DNA of 64,000 nucleotides from Escherichia coli (GTDB lineage Bacteria; Pseudomonadota; Gammaproteobacteria; Enterobacterales; Enterobacteriaceae): NCBI RefSeq assembly GCF_013122565.1, contig NZ_CP053258.1; one strand, 5' to 3'. Shown piece by piece: positions 50,858 to 62,976 of this stretch (position 1 is its first letter; each line of letters starts with the position of its first letter). The notes under the pieces were generated by a model. It saw only the letters and a program-made list of their open reading frames with translations, ran no database searches and was not told where the DNA came from. The position numbers and the translations under genes were made by a program.

Positions 50858-51274
50858 TTACTCCCCTTGTAGTGTCGCGATGATGCGACGCGATCCGCCG
50901 TGGATGCGATGTTCCCCCAGCCAAATGCCTTGCCAGGTGCCGGTCTGAATACGCCCTTTATGCACCGGCAATACAAGCGATGTTCCCAGCATTGAGGATT
51001 TGATATGAGAAGGCATATCGTCTGCTCCCTCATAGTCATGCTCATAATTTCCGTTGTCGGGAACGGTGCGGAGGAAAAAACGCTCCATGTCGTGGCGTAC
51101 GGTGGGATCGCAGTTCTCATTAAGTGTCAGAGAGGCGGAGGTATGTTGCAGCAACAGATGCAGTAAGCCGATGTTAACGCGCGGCATATCAGCCAGCTGA
51201 TTCAGAATTTCATCCGTTACCAGATGAAACCCACGAGATTTGGCGCTAAGCGTGAGCGTCTTTTGATACCACAT
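50858..51274 (-). CDS. yjbQ: YjbQ (UPF0047) protein
   Basis: 138 aa; conserved synteny. Confidence 0.7.
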
Positions 51275-51384
51275 GTGCTGCTCCTTGATAAAACTCTCTT
51301 AATCAGTTTGCAGCAAGACAGCGAAAGGATAAAGGTGTGATTAAAAAAACAGCATTCGGGAGAGTGTCACGCTCTCCCGCTCTG

Positions 51385-52305
<921 letters not shown>

Positions 52306-52462
52306 TTAATTTTTCGTTTATTATGATGAATCCTCTGCAAATGAGCGAAATTTGATAGAACATTTATCTGCTGTACGATTTAATGAACTTAATGATACAG
52401 CATTACAAAAACAATCGAAGTTTATAAAGATGATTTCTGGTTGACCAGAACCCTACCATACA

Positions 52463-53005
52463 ATGGTGACTAATTTTATTACTCCCGAAGGAGATGATGA
52501 TATGAATATATCATATGTGAATAGCAACAAAACGACATCTTTACCTGTTGAGCTAGATGCACTAAATAATAAAGATATCTCTTATGCCAAAGATTTTTCT
52601 TATGCCAAAGATTTCTTTTTATATATAGAAATACAGTTAAAAATTGCAAAAGATTTTTGTAGACCTGGAGAAGAAGTATCAAGTTCTATTGCAAGTACAG
52701 TTTTTCACGCTTTTATTGATTTAGTTAACAAAATCAGGGGTAAGAAAGATTGTATGTATATTTGCACGCTTTGCTGTTTTGCCGAGGAGGTTAAAGGTGA
52801 TTATTCTCATTACAGGACCTTTTCATTTGATATTGGTAATCAATATAAGGTTAAACTTACACAAAGCGGAAAAAAAGAGCTCTCTTTAACTTTAGAATTT
52901 AACGATACTATAATTGAATCTCAGAAAGTCACAGGCAATAAGGCAAAGCATATTCTTGAGGATATAGAAAAATTCTATCGTAACAAACCCGATACTTATT
53001 ATTAA
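52463..53005 (+). CDS. Hypothetical protein (about 167-180 aa), AT-rich orphan with internal 18-bp tandem duplication
   Basis: ORF in an AT-rich intergenic island; CTTATGCCAAAGATTT duplicated in tandem (SYAKDF-SYAKDF); start could also be the ATG at 52502. Confidence 0.4.
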   Translation: MVTNFITPEGDDDMNISYVNSNKTTSLPVELDALNNKDISYAKDFSYAKDFFLYIEIQLKIAKDFCRPGEEVSSSIASTVFHAFIDLVNKIRGKKDCMYICTLCCFAEEVKGDYSHYRTFSFDIGNQYKVKLTQSGKKELSLTLEFNDTIIESQKVTGNKAKHILEDIEKFYRNKPDTYY

Positions 53006-53226
53006 ATTTAATAATGGTTAGATGTGCAGAAATTATTACTCCGCCCAAAAAAACAGGATAAGGAATTCCAGATAATGAGGATAATCTTAACAATAAAAGA
53101 ACTAACAACGTTTATTATCTCTCACGTAGAACGATGGCATCAAAAAAATCATCTATAAAGAAAGAGTGAAAGCGACGACAATTTAATTTCACTGCAGGCT
53201 GGGTAGCTCCAGCCTGCTTTCCTGCA

Positions 53227-54420
53227 TTACATCACCGCAGCAAACGCCTTTGCCACACGTTGTACATTTGCCGTATTTAACCCGGCGACACACATGCGAC
53301 CGCTGGCGATGAGATAGACACCAAATTCTTCACGTAGTCGGTCAACCTGAGCGACACTTAAACCGGTATAACTGAACATGCCGCGCTGATTAAGCAGATA
53401 ATCGAAATTGCGTTCTGGCATCTCTGTGCTTAATACCTTTACCAGTTCCTGACGCATTGCCAGGATGCGAGTACGCATCTCTTCTACTTCCGCCAGCCAG
53501 CTGGCTTTCAATGCCTCGTCATTCAGCACCGCAGCCACCACCTGCGCACCAAAATTCGGCGGGCTGGAGTAGTTGCGGCGAACTGTTGCTTTCAATTGCC
53601 CCAGTATGCGACCTGCAGCTTCGGCATCTTCACACAGAACAGAAAGTCCGCCAACGCGCTCGCCGTAAAGGGAGAAAATTTTCGAGAACGAATTGCTCAC
53701 CAGAGCGGGTAATCCAGCGCTGGCAATGGCACGAATGGCGTAGGCATCCTCTTCCATACCGGCACCAAATCCTTGATAGGCAATATCAAGAAATGGGATA
53801 AGCTCGCGGGCTTTGAGAATTTCAATCACCGCATCCCACTGGTCATTAGTGAGATCGGCACCCGTTGGGTTGTGGCAACATGGATGCAGCAACACAATAC
53901 TGCGGGCAGGTAATGTTTTCAGCGTCGCCAACAGGTCATTAAAGCGCACGCCGTTAGTCGCTTCGTCATACCAGGGGTAAGTACTTACTTCGAATCCAGC
54001 CCCGGCGAATATTGCTACGTGGTTTTCCCAGGTAGGATCGCTGACCCAGACGCCTGATTCCGGGAAGTAGCGTTTCAGGAAATCTGCGCCCACTTTCAAT
54101 GCCCCTGAGCCGCCAAGGGTTTGAATGATTGCTATGCGCTGTTGTTGCAGTACCGGATGGTCCGCACCAAACAGCAGCGGCGCAATAGCATGGCGATAGC
54201 TGTTAAGCCCTTCCATCGGTAAATAAAGCGAAGCGCCATGAGGCTGCGCATTCAGTCGCGCTTCCGCATCCGCCACGGCTTTCAGTTGTGGAATAATTCC
54301 GTCTTCGTTGTAGTACAGACCGATACTTAAATTCACTTTGTCGCTGCGAGAGTCTTCTTTAAAACGCTCCATAAGCGTAAGAATCGGGTCGCCAGCGTAG
54401 GCGTCAACTTTTTGAAACAC
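53227..54420 (-). CDS. tyrB: Aromatic-amino-acid aminotransferase TyrB (GTG start)
   Basis: (M)[22 protein letters not shown]...; 397 aa when started from GTG at 54418-54420; the track start is an upstream TTG. Confidence 0.9.
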   Translation of the reverse strand: MFQKVDAYAGDPILTLMERFKEDSRSDKVNLSIGLYYNEDGIIPQLKAVADAEARLNAQPHGASLYLPMEGLNSYRHAIAPLLFGADHPVLQQQRIAIIQTLGGSGALKVGADFLKRYFPESGVWVSDPTWENHVAIFAGAGFEVSTYPWYDEATNGVRFNDLLATLKTLPARSIVLLHPCCHNPTGADLTNDQWDAVIEILKARELIPFLDIAYQGFGAGMEEDAYAIRAIASAGLPALVSNSFSKIFSLYGERVGGLSVLCEDAEAAGRILGQLKATVRRNYSSPPNFGAQVVAAVLNDEALKASWLAEVEEMRTRILAMRQELVKVLSTEMPERNFDYLLNQRGMFSYTGLSVAQVDRLREEFGVYLIASGRMCVAGLNTANVQRVAKAFAAVM

Positions 54421-54501
54421 GCGATGGTTCTCCAGGTTTACGGGCAGGTGGTTAAAACACAATAAACCGGAAGAAGGCGAAGATCGAGTGGATGTTCAAA
54501 G

Positions 54502-55506
54502 TCAGTCAGGAAGTTGATGAAGAATTTGCCCCAGTCGATCTTGCAGCGAACCCGAAACCGAAAGATAAGGAATTTTCCTGCGCGATAATTCCTGTTCGTA
54601 CCACGCCTGCTGCCGCGCGCGAAAAGCCTCTCCTTGCCGGGTGCCATCCTGCACAAAGGGGAATTCCGCGCCGCAAAGCACTACCAGAGAGTATTGCCGC
54701 TCCGCCAGCTGGTGAAGTTCTTGCGGAGCATGACCATATTGATCAAGGGTATAGAACAAGGTCGTGAGTGGCGATGTGTCACATATAAGATAGCGATTAG
54801 CTTCTGCTTGTTGTTCCCGACTTACCTGTTCGCGGGCGATATGCAACAAATCGTCTGCGGTTAAAACGCCGTTTTTCTCTTCCCAATAGTCGCGACCAAA
54901 TTCAGCGACATACGCCGTATCGAGCACGTCCGCCAGCGCTTTTGAAAGTGTGCTCTTACCAGTTGATTCGCCACCAAGCAGACAGATACGGCGAACGAAA
55001 CTGCGATAAACGTCGTGCGCCAGCATGTAGCGATAGCGGTGAACGTCGGAACGAATCAGCGTTCCCGAAGGAGATTTATCGCCAAGTGGACGCTGTAATC
55101 GAACGTGTTCAACAGGTTGGGCAAAACGCTGTGCCAACACTTTAGCAAAACCGTCACCATAATCTTCTGCGGTAAATACAGCGTGTGGGCGGCAACGTAA
55201 TACGTGCAGGCACAGCGTCGCTACATAATGACGATGGATGTCCGCATCGGCATCGTTATGCGGTATGGCTGGTAAGTTATAACGCGCGATCAGTTCGGTA
55301 GTCAGTACCAGAACCGTCGCTCGTGGGAAGCGCACTTGCAGCCACATCAGGCGCTTTTCAGGTTCACAGTCAGGCATTTCCGGCACGGAATAACTGATGA
55401 TGAACAGTTCTTCACATTGTGCCAGCGCGGTATTAATCAACCGTTCATGACCACAATGCAAAGGCGCGAATTTGCCAACCACCAGTCCCGTTACGAAAGG
55501 CTTCAT
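54502..55506 (-). CDS. NadR-like bifunctional NMN adenylyltransferase / ribosylnicotinamide kinase lacking the N-terminal HTH domain
   Basis: Nucleotidyltransferase HxGH motif (GKFAPLHCGHE) at the N-terminus; P-loop GGESTGKST in the C-terminal kinase domain; 334 aa. Confidence 0.65.
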   Translation of the reverse strand: MKPFVTGLVVGKFAPLHCGHERLINTALAQCEELFIISYSVPEMPDCEPEKRLMWLQVRFPRATVLVLTTELIARYNLPAIPHNDADADIHRHYVATLCLHVLRCRPHAVFTAEDYGDGFAKVLAQRFAQPVEHVRLQRPLGDKSPSGTLIRSDVHRYRYMLAHDVYRSFVRRICLLGGESTGKSTLSKALADVLDTAYVAEFGRDYWEEKNGVLTADDLLHIAREQVSREQQAEANRYLICDTSPLTTLFYTLDQYGHAPQELHQLAERQYSLVVLCGAEFPFVQDGTRQGEAFRARQQAWYEQELSRRKIPYLSVSGSLQDRLGQILHQLPD

Positions 55507-56060
55507 GATGCCCGCAGCTCCTTGCGCCACTGATACAAACCATGCCAGGCGTTAATCCAGAACAAGAAATATAAACCGGCGGTCAGGTTTAAACCGCGCG
55601 TCATATACAGAGGCACCGCCAGGGTATTCACCGCTAACCAGACGTACCAGTTTTCGATCCTTCTTCCCATCAACATGAATTGCGCCAGAACGCTGAAGGT
55701 CAAAATCAACGAATCCAGCCAGGGGGCCCAGGCATTGGTAAAGGTGTGGAGCAAAAAGCCGTAGCCGCCTGCCACGACAACGGCACAGAGTAACAAGAGG
55801 AAAAAGTGACTGGCTTGCGTCCGACGCACTGGCAAGACATCGCCACCCTGACCTTTCAGCCAGTGGATCCAACCGGTGATGCTGGTCGCGATGAAGAATA
55901 ACTGGAGCGTGACATCGGCATAGAGTTGCACGGACCAAAAAACCCAGCCATAAAGCATGCTACCAATTATGCCGATCCACCACGTATGCACATTGTTTCT
56001 GGCAGCCAGCCAGACGGAAACCGCGTATGCCAGACACGCGGCGATTTCTGAATAAGACAT
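55503..56060 (-). CDS. PnuC-family nicotinamide riboside transporter-like membrane protein
   Basis: 185 aa, tryptophan-rich polytopic protein; ATGA overlap with the downstream NadR-like gene; RBS GGGAGGGA. Confidence 0.55.
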   Translation of the reverse strand: MSYSEIAACLAYAVSVWLAARNNVHTWWIGIIGSMLYGWVFWSVQLYADVTLQLFFIATSITGWIHWLKGQGGDVLPVRRTQASHFFLLLLCAVVVAGGYGFLLHTFTNAWAPWLDSLILTFSVLAQFMLMGRRIENWYVWLAVNTLAVPLYMTRGLNLTAGLYFLFWINAWHGLYQWRKELRAS

Positions 56061-56082
56061 TGTCCCTCCCTGGAGACGGATA

Positions 56083-57162
56083 TTAATCCACGTATTTCAT
56101 CGCGACCCTTGAAGTCAGGCGCGTAATAAGTTCGTAAGCGCTTACTTTCGTCATTTCAGCGATACGTTCTACGGGCAAACCTTCACCCCATAAAATGACC
56201 GGGTCCCCGGCTTTGTCCTGCGCCTGTGGACCTAAGTCTACGCAGATCATATCCATCGCCACGCGCCCGACAATCGGCACTTCGCGACCGTTCACCAGCA
56301 CTGGCGTACCGGACGGCGCGGCGCGCGGATAACCATCGCCATAGCCCATCGCGACTACGCCAAGGCGGGTATCACGTTCGCTTACCCAGGTTCCACCATA
56401 ACCGACAGGTTCTCCGGCTTTATGCTCACGCACGGCAATCAGGCTGGAGGTTAGTGACATCACTGGCTGACAGCCAAAATCGGCACCGGTGGAGCGATCT
56501 TCCAGCGGCGAGACGCCATAAAGAATGATGCCCGGGCGCACCCAGTCAAAATGCGACTGTGGCCACAGCAGAATGCCACCCGATGCGGCAATGGAACGTT
56601 GACCTGGTTTGCCTTCGCAAAAGGTATTAAAGATAGCGAGTTGTTTCTCGGTTGCGCCACATTTTGGTTCATCCGCGCGCGCAAAATGGCTGACGATATT
56701 CACCGGCTGACGAACGTTTTTGCACTGGGTCAGGCGATGATAAAACGCCTCAGCCTGTTCCGGCCTTACGCCCAGACGGTGCATACCGGTATCGAGTTTC
56801 ATCCAGACGGTAACCGGCTCGTCCAGGCTAGCCTCTTCCAGCGCAGCCAGCTGTTCTTCGTTATGCACGGCGGTATGAAAATGTTGCGCAGAAATCGTCG
56901 GTAGATCTCTGGCATCAAAAAAGCCTTCGAGTAACAGTACAGGTTTGGTGATTCCCCCCGCACGCAGTCGCAGAGCTTCTTCGAGACGGGCTACGCCAAA
57001 GGCGTCAGCATCGGGGAGCGTTCGCGCGGTCTCAAGAAGACCGTGACCATAAGCGTTCGCTTTCACCACCGCAACCATTTTACTGGCAGGAGCCAGTTCA
57101 CGAAGACGTTGCAGGTTGTGTCGCAGAGCGCGGCGGTTAATCACAACAGTTGCCGCTTGCAT
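56083..57162 (-). CDS. alr: Alanine racemase
   Basis: PLP-binding [11 protein letters not shown] motif; 359 aa. Confidence 0.9.
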
Positions 57163-57214
57163 TTGTGTTCCTTGATAAGTGTTTGCTTTAATTACCTAAT
57201 TCATAAAATAATTA

Positions 57215-58630
57215 TTATTCGTCGTCGTACTGCGGCCCCGCATAGTTGTCGAAGCGCGACCATTGACCGTTAAAGGTCAGGCGTACCGTCCCGATTGGGC
57301 CGTTACGTTGTTTACCGATAATAATTTCCGCGATGCCTTTTAAATCACTGTTTTCGTGATACACCTCATCACGATAGATAAACATGATCAAGTCCGCATC
57401 CTGCTCGATAGAGCCAGATTCACGCAGGTCGGAGTTGACCGGGCGTTTGTCGGCACGTTGTTCCAGAGAACGGTTCAACTGGGACAGCGCCACCACCGGC
57501 ACGTTCAGTTCTTTCGCCAGTGCTTTCAGCGAGCGGGAGATTTCTGCAATTTCCAGCGTACGGTTATCGGAAAGTGCCGGTACGCGCATCAGTTGCAGGT
57601 AGTCGATCATGATAAGCCCGATGCCGCCGTGTTCACGGGCAATACGGCGTGCGCGGGAACGCACTTCCGTTGGCGTCAGGCCGGAGGAGTCATCGATATA
57701 GATATTGCGTTTTTCGAGCAAAATACCCATGGTGCCGGAAATGCGCGCCCAGTCTTCATCATCGAGCTGCCCGGTACGGATTTTAGTCTGGTCAACGCGC
57801 GACAGCGACGCCAGAGAACGCATCATAATCTGTTCTGATGGCATCTCCAGCGAGAAGATAAGTACTGGTTTATCCTGCAACATCGCCGCGTTTTCGACGA
57901 GGTTCATCGCAAATGTGGTTTTACCCATCGACGGACGCGCGGCGACGATGATCAAATCCGACGGCTGCAAGCCAGCGGTTTTTTTGTTGAGATCGTCATA
58001 ACCGGTGTTTACTCCGGTAACGCCATCGTGTGGCTGCTGAAACAACTGCTCAATACGCGCCACGGTTGCGTCGAGCACATCGGCGATGTTCTTCGGCCCT
58101 TCGTCTTTGTTTGCACGACTTTCGGCAATTTTAAAGACGCGGGATTCAGCCAGGTCCAGCAGATCTTCGCTGGTACGCCCCTGCGGATCAAAACCGGCTT
58201 CGGCAATCTCATTCGCAACCGAGATCATCTCACGGACAACGGCACGTTCACGCACGATGTCCGCATAGGCACTGATGTTCGCCGCACTTGGCGTATTTTT
58301 GGACAGCTCTGCCAGATAAGCAAAACCACCGACGCTATCGAGTTGCCCCTGGCGTTCCAGCGATTCCGCAAGGGTAATCAGATCGATAGGACTACCGCTT
58401 TCCTGCAAACGCGCCATTTCAGTAAAGATATGACGGTGTGGGCGGGTGTAAAAATCGTCTGCTACCACACGCTCGGCTACATCATCCCAGCGTTCGTTAT
58501 CCAGCATTAAACCGCCCAACACCGACTGCTCCGCTTCGATCGAGTGCGGAGGCACTTTCAGCCCGGCAACTTGTGGATCGCGTTCGCGGGGTTCAGCCTG
58601 CTGTTTGTTGAAGGGTTTATTTCCTGCCAT
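57215..58630 (-). CDS. dnaB: Replicative DNA helicase DnaB
   Basis: 471 aa; Walker A ARPSMGKT. Confidence 0.95.
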   Translation of the reverse strand: MAGNKPFNKQQAEPRERDPQVAGLKVPPHSIEAEQSVLGGLMLDNERWDDVAERVVADDFYTRPHRHIFTEMARLQESGSPIDLITLAESLERQGQLDSVGGFAYLAELSKNTPSAANISAYADIVRERAVVREMISVANEIAEAGFDPQGRTSEDLLDLAESRVFKIAESRANKDEGPKNIADVLDATVARIEQLFQQPHDGVTGVNTGYDDLNKKTAGLQPSDLIIVAARPSMGKTTFAMNLVENAAMLQDKPVLIFSLEMPSEQIMMRSLASLSRVDQTKIRTGQLDDEDWARISGTMGILLEKRNIYIDDSSGLTPTEVRSRARRIAREHGGIGLIMIDYLQLMRVPALSDNRTLEIAEISRSLKALAKELNVPVVALSQLNRSLEQRADKRPVNSDLRESGSIEQDADLIMFIYRDEVYHENSDLKGIAEIIIGKQRNGPIGTVRLTFNGQWSRFDNYAGPQYDDE

Positions 58631-58712
58631 AGTGAATGGAGTTACCGAGATAAAGAATGGGTCGAAACTTTACCATATGAAGCAGACCCTGACGATACGT
58701 TCTGGAGGACAC

Positions 58713-59696
58713 ATGGCAACACGAATTGAATTTCACAAGCACGGTGGCCCGGAAGTACTTCAAGCCGTAGAGTTCACTCCTGCCGATCCGGCGGAGAATG
58801 AAATCCAGGTCGAAAATAAAGCCATCGGCATCAATTTTATCGACACGTATATCCGCAGCGGCCTTTACCCGCCGCCATCACTACCCAGCGGATTAGGTAC
58901 CGAAGCGGCAGGCATCGTGAGTAAAGTCGGCAGTGGTGTAAAGCATATTAAGGCTGGCGATCGTGTAGTCTATGCGCAGTCGGCGTTAGGCGCTTACAGC
59001 TCTGTGCATAACATTAATGCGGATAAAGCGGCGATTCTGCCTGCGGCAATTTCTTTTGAGCAAGCTGCGGCATCCTTCCTGAAAGGCTTAACGGTTTATT
59101 ATCTGCTGCGCAAAACCTATGAAATTAAACCCGATGAACAGTTCCTGTTCCACGCAGCGGCTGGCGGCGTTGGCTTGATTGCCTGCCAGTGGGCAAAAGC
59201 TCTGGGCGCGAAACTTATCGGCACCGTAGGAACCGCGCAAAAAGCGCAGAGCGCGCTAAAAGCCGGCGCGTGGCAGGTTATTAACTATCGTGAAGAGAAT
59301 CTGGTCGAGCGATTGAAAGAGATCACCGGCGGTAAGAAAGTGCGCGTAGTGTACGATTCCGTGGGCAGAGACACCTGGGAACGGTCGCTGGATTGCCTGC
59401 AACGCCGCGGCTTAATGGTGAGTTTTGGCAACTCATCAGGTGCGGTTACCGGTGTGAACTTAGGCATTCTCAATCAAAAAGGCTCGTTGTATGTGACACG
59501 CCCTTCCCTGCAAGGCTATATCACCACGCGGGAGGAATTAACCGAGGCCAGTAATGAACTGTTCTCTTTGATTGCCAGCGGTGTGATTAAGGTCGATGTC
59601 GCCGAGCAGCAGAAATATCCGCTGAAGGATGCGCAGCGTGCGCATGAGATTCTGGAAAGCCGGGCGACGCAAGGTTCCAGCCTGTTGATTCCATAA
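58713..59696 (+). CDS. qorA: NADPH:quinone oxidoreductase (zeta-crystallin family)
   Basis: MATRIEFHKHGGPEVLQ...; AAGGVG NADPH-binding motif; 327 aa. Confidence 0.9.
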   Translation: MATRIEFHKHGGPEVLQAVEFTPADPAENEIQVENKAIGINFIDTYIRSGLYPPPSLPSGLGTEAAGIVSKVGSGVKHIKAGDRVVYAQSALGAYSSVHNINADKAAILPAAISFEQAAASFLKGLTVYYLLRKTYEIKPDEQFLFHAAAGGVGLIACQWAKALGAKLIGTVGTAQKAQSALKAGAWQVINYREENLVERLKEITGGKKVRVVYDSVGRDTWERSLDCLQRRGLMVSFGNSSGAVTGVNLGILNQKGSLYVTRPSLQGYITTREELTEASNELFSLIASGVIKVDVAEQQKYPLKDAQRAHEILESRATQGSSLLIP

Positions 59697-59703
59697 AAGA
59701 AAT

Positions 59704-59733
59704 AGGGCTTCCACCTGGGAAGCCCTTTCTTTT
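59704..59733 (+). terminator. Rho-independent terminator of qorA
   Basis: GGGCTTCC-ACCT-GGGAAGCCC followed by TTTCTTTTT. Confidence 0.8.
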
Positions 59734-59861
59734 TATAGTTCGGCTGTATGTAGGGTACAGCACGATGAATCTGTTAGAGGCGCAATAGTGACAGATTTGA
59801 TTATCAATTCCTATTTTGTTCTAAGGATAAAACCTTAGGTTGTGATCATCCGCACAATCCC

Positions 59862-60104
59862 TTAGTAACGCCAGCGGTCATAACGCTGATATTTCGGCAC
59901 TTTTGGTGCTTTAATCGCCTTAATAACCCACACCACCGCAATCGCCAGTAGTAACCACGGCAGCAACTTAATCATCAATGCCAGCATACCGCCGAGGAAC
60001 ATAATGGCCGTCGCCACAACCAGCGCGGCGATAATGCCCAGCAACGAAACGCCGGTGACCATCAGCATGACAAAAAAGCCAATCACAAAAAGTAGTTCCA
60101 GCAT
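59862..60104 (-). CDS. pspG: Phage-shock protein G
   Basis: 80 aa, two TM helices; ATG at 60104; the track ORF is an upstream extension. Confidence 0.8.
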   Translation of the reverse strand: MLELLFVIGFFVMLMVTGVSLLGIIAALVVATAIMFLGGMLALMIKLLPWLLLAIAVVWVIKAIKAPKVPKYQRYDRWRY

Positions 60105-60137
60105 GATGCTCTCCCAAATATGAAATCTCTTGCTGGC

Positions 60138-60155
60138 ATTACAAGAATCATGCCA
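60138..60155 (-). promoter_or_regulatory. Sigma54 promoter of pspG
   Basis: Minus-strand TGGCATGATTCTTGTAAT; same TGGCA-N-TTGT pattern as the pspA promoter, about 30 bp upstream of the pspG ATG. Confidence 0.6.
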
Positions 60156-60237
60156 AAAATAATCTATTGATTTAACAGCAAAACGCCCCGCGAATTTGCG
60201 CAGGGCGTGGTGAATTTGACTACTTTTTGGTGAAAAG

Positions 60238-61281
60238 TTAACGCTTATCCGCCACCAGTTTGAGCGCGTGTTCCAGCACATTAATGTCTGCACCCGCTTT
60301 ATGGGCATTTTCACTTAAATAACGCCGCCACTGCCGCGCGCCAGGAATACCCTGGAACAGGCCCAGCATATGCCGGGTAATATGCCCGAGATACGTCCCC
60401 TGGCTGAGTTCACGCTCAATGTACGGATACATGGCGCGCACTACCGCCACCGGATCGGCATCGGTATCCGAGGAACCAAAGATCGCTCGGTCTACCGCCG
60501 CCAGAATACCCGGATTCTGATACGCTTCGCGCCCGACCATCACGCCATCCATATGTTGCAAATGCGCTTTTGCCTCTTCCAGCGACTTGATACCACCGTT
60601 AATCGACATTGTCAGATGCGGAAAGTCACGCTTCAGTTGATACACACGCGGATAATCGAGCGGCGGGATTTCACGGTTTTCTTTCGGGCTTAACCCCGAA
60701 AGCCAGGCTTTACGTGCGTGGATGATGAACATCTCACACTCGCCTTTGCCGGAAACGGTGTTAATGAAATCGCAGAGAAATTCATAGCTGTCCTGGTCGT
60801 CGATGCCAATACGCGTTTTCACCGTCACCGGAATCGACACCACATCGCGCATCGCTTTCACGCAGTCGGCAACCAGCTGCGCATTACCCATCAGACACGC
60901 ACCAAACATGCCGTTCTGCACCCGGTCAGACGGGCAGCCGACATTCAGGTTGATCTCATCATATCCGCGCGCTTCTGCCAGCTTTGCACACTGCGCCAGC
61001 GCCGCCGGATCGCTACCGCCCAGTTGCAATGCTACCGGATGTTCTTCTTCACTGTACGCCAGGTAATCACCTTTACCGTGAATAATCGCTCCTGTAGTCA
61101 CCATTTCGGTATACAGCAACGTATTGCGGGAAAGCAGACGCAAGAAATAGCGGCAATGTCTGTCCGTCCAGTCGAGCATTGGTGCAACGCTAAACCGACC
61201 ACTCCAGTGAACGTCAGTTTTTTCAGGCATTGCGCTGGTTTGGTTGATTTTTTGCATTTCAGAATTACCGTGCATTTTCAA
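60238..61281 (-). CDS. dusA: tRNA-dihydrouridine synthase A; start codon uncertain
   Basis: Dus-family TIM-barrel protein with catalytic-cysteine region; about 330-347 aa depending on start. Confidence 0.85.
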   Translation of the reverse strand: MKMHGNSEMQKINQTSAMPEKTDVHWSGRFSVAPMLDWTDRHCRYFLRLLSRNTLLYTEMVTTGAIIHGKGDYLAYSEEEHPVALQLGGSDPAALAQCAKLAEARGYDEINLNVGCPSDRVQNGMFGACLMGNAQLVADCVKAMRDVVSIPVTVKTRIGIDDQDSYEFLCDFINTVSGKGECEMFIIHARKAWLSGLSPKENREIPPLDYPRVYQLKRDFPHLTMSINGGIKSLEEAKAHLQHMDGVMVGREAYQNPGILAAVDRAIFGSSDTDADPVAVVRAMYPYIERELSQGTYLGHITRHMLGLFQGIPGARQWRRYLSENAHKAGADINVLEHALKLVADKR

Positions 61282-61636
61282 ATGTAGAGATTATTTTATC
61301 GATATATCATGGAGTTATGTTATTCAGCATCACTGATCAGGAGGCTCAATAGCGGGGTACTATACCATAACAACAGGAAGCGCCTGTCTCATTGCAAAAG
61401 AAAATTGAGATCCTCTCAAGGCATGAAGCTCTCACGAAGTGAAGATCTAATCTTATTAGATGTTAGCGTTGTGAAAAGCAATGATAAACAATACAGGTTC
61501 GACGATAAATAAAAATCACACATTAAACTCCGGTGATATCTCTCCCTGCTAATAGCACTGATAGAGAAAAAAAGAACCCAAAAAGCATTGGGTTCTTTTA
61601 TGTAATACCTTCCATATCATCGAAGAACTTCACATA

Positions 61637-62659
61637 TTATTTCTCCGATTTAACCCCGAATAAATCATAAATTAATTTAGAAGTGTCTGTATGTATTTTA
61701 ATCTTTTCCTTTGAGTTTGGGTCAAACGACTTAGCAAAGTCAATTAATTTCGGTGCAGCATCTCGCATTTTGCTTAAAATATCAGGGGCGAGCTTTCCTT
61801 CATTCACCAGATGTGACATCTTATCCAGATAGTCATCAAAATTCATTTCTCCCCCATCTGCCAGACGCTTCATCTCTCCCAGGTACTTCTTCATATCACG
61901 TTGAGATAATTCTTCAAACTGAGCTGTCAGATAGTTCTCATTATGATCATTAATATTCACTTTTTCTGCTCCTGCTAAATCTGTGTAGGCACTAGAATAT
62001 GAAAGTGAAATTAACAGCGAAGCGAATAAATTTAAGCTGTTGTCATCATATTTCTGACATGCATTAACAAATGTTAAAAAACCAGAACCTATTGCTTGCA
62101 AATGTATATTCGCTAAAGGTTCATTATCTTTAGATTCCTCATAAAATAGCTGAACCGTGGAGGGAAGGCCATTCTTGGTTTCTACATCAAAAGTATATCG
62201 TTCTATGGGCGTTGCATCTTTATTACCCTCAGGATTACATATACTATTAATCGCGAAATGAAAAATAGCCCGATCAACAACTGATGCAATAAATTCACGA
62301 TCGTTTAATTCCTCATCAGTGCAATCTCCAATATACTCATTGACCCACACTTTGAGATTATTTATTTTCTCAATTAATAACACATTTTTTTCACGTGCAG
62401 TCCATAAATTATGAGTGATTCTTTGAATAAACAAATCTATTTTTGCAATAATTATATCCCGATGACGCAGCGCTGAATAATCAATAGATTTACCATATAT
62501 ATTATTTAATTTATCTTTGATTGTACCTCTATTATCTAATTTATCGTTGGTTGCATCTATATTATCTAATTTATCTTTGGTTGCACCTTTGTTATCGAAT
62601 TGATTTGAATTGAGTGTTTTATTAAAGTATCCAGTTGCACCGGGTATTATCTTCAACAT
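61637..62659 (-). CDS. Hypothetical protein (340 aa), AT-rich orphan with N-terminal 10-aa tandem repeats
   Basis: Three imperfect 30-bp tandem repeats at 62501-62590 encoding DKLDN-containing repeats; no recognisable domain. Confidence 0.5.
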   Translation of the reverse strand: MLKIIPGATGYFNKTLNSNQFDNKGATKDKLDNIDATNDKLDNRGTIKDKLNNIYGKSIDYSALRHRDIIIAKIDLFIQRITHNLWTAREKNVLLIEKINNLKVWVNEYIGDCTDEELNDREFIASVVDRAIFHFAINSICNPEGNKDATPIERYTFDVETKNGLPSTVQLFYEESKDNEPLANIHLQAIGSGFLTFVNACQKYDDNSLNLFASLLISLSYSSAYTDLAGAEKVNINDHNENYLTAQFEELSQRDMKKYLGEMKRLADGGEMNFDDYLDKMSHLVNEGKLAPDILSKMRDAAPKLIDFAKSFDPNSKEKIKIHTDTSKLIYDLFGVKSEK

Positions 62660-62976
62660 GATTCATCTACCTTTTTTGTCGTACCGTGTCCTCCTTATAA
62701 GTGTTTTGGGATCTGGTCACTATCAAAAATCGCTCATAATTTCTGAACTACAGGTATGCGATCAAACCCAGCTAAATAAATAGCGAGTTAACTTGAAGCA
62801 ATTTATTTAAAAATGAATTATTAATTATTATCGTGTTGATAATGGTACTACCAGGCAACACAACACCTTACGTACAAAACAGAAAATCAACATTACGGCA
62901 ACAATAAGGGTTCTCGGTGTTTTTCCTGGAACATGGTAAAGTAAGGACATTCTTAACCCCCACTTTGAGGTGCCCG

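Noticed and set aside
59862-60314. 150-aa version of the pspG ORF
   Set aside because: The upstream extension overlaps the dusA 3' end and the sigma54 promoter; the 80-aa form from ATG 60104 matches the expected two-helix PspG.
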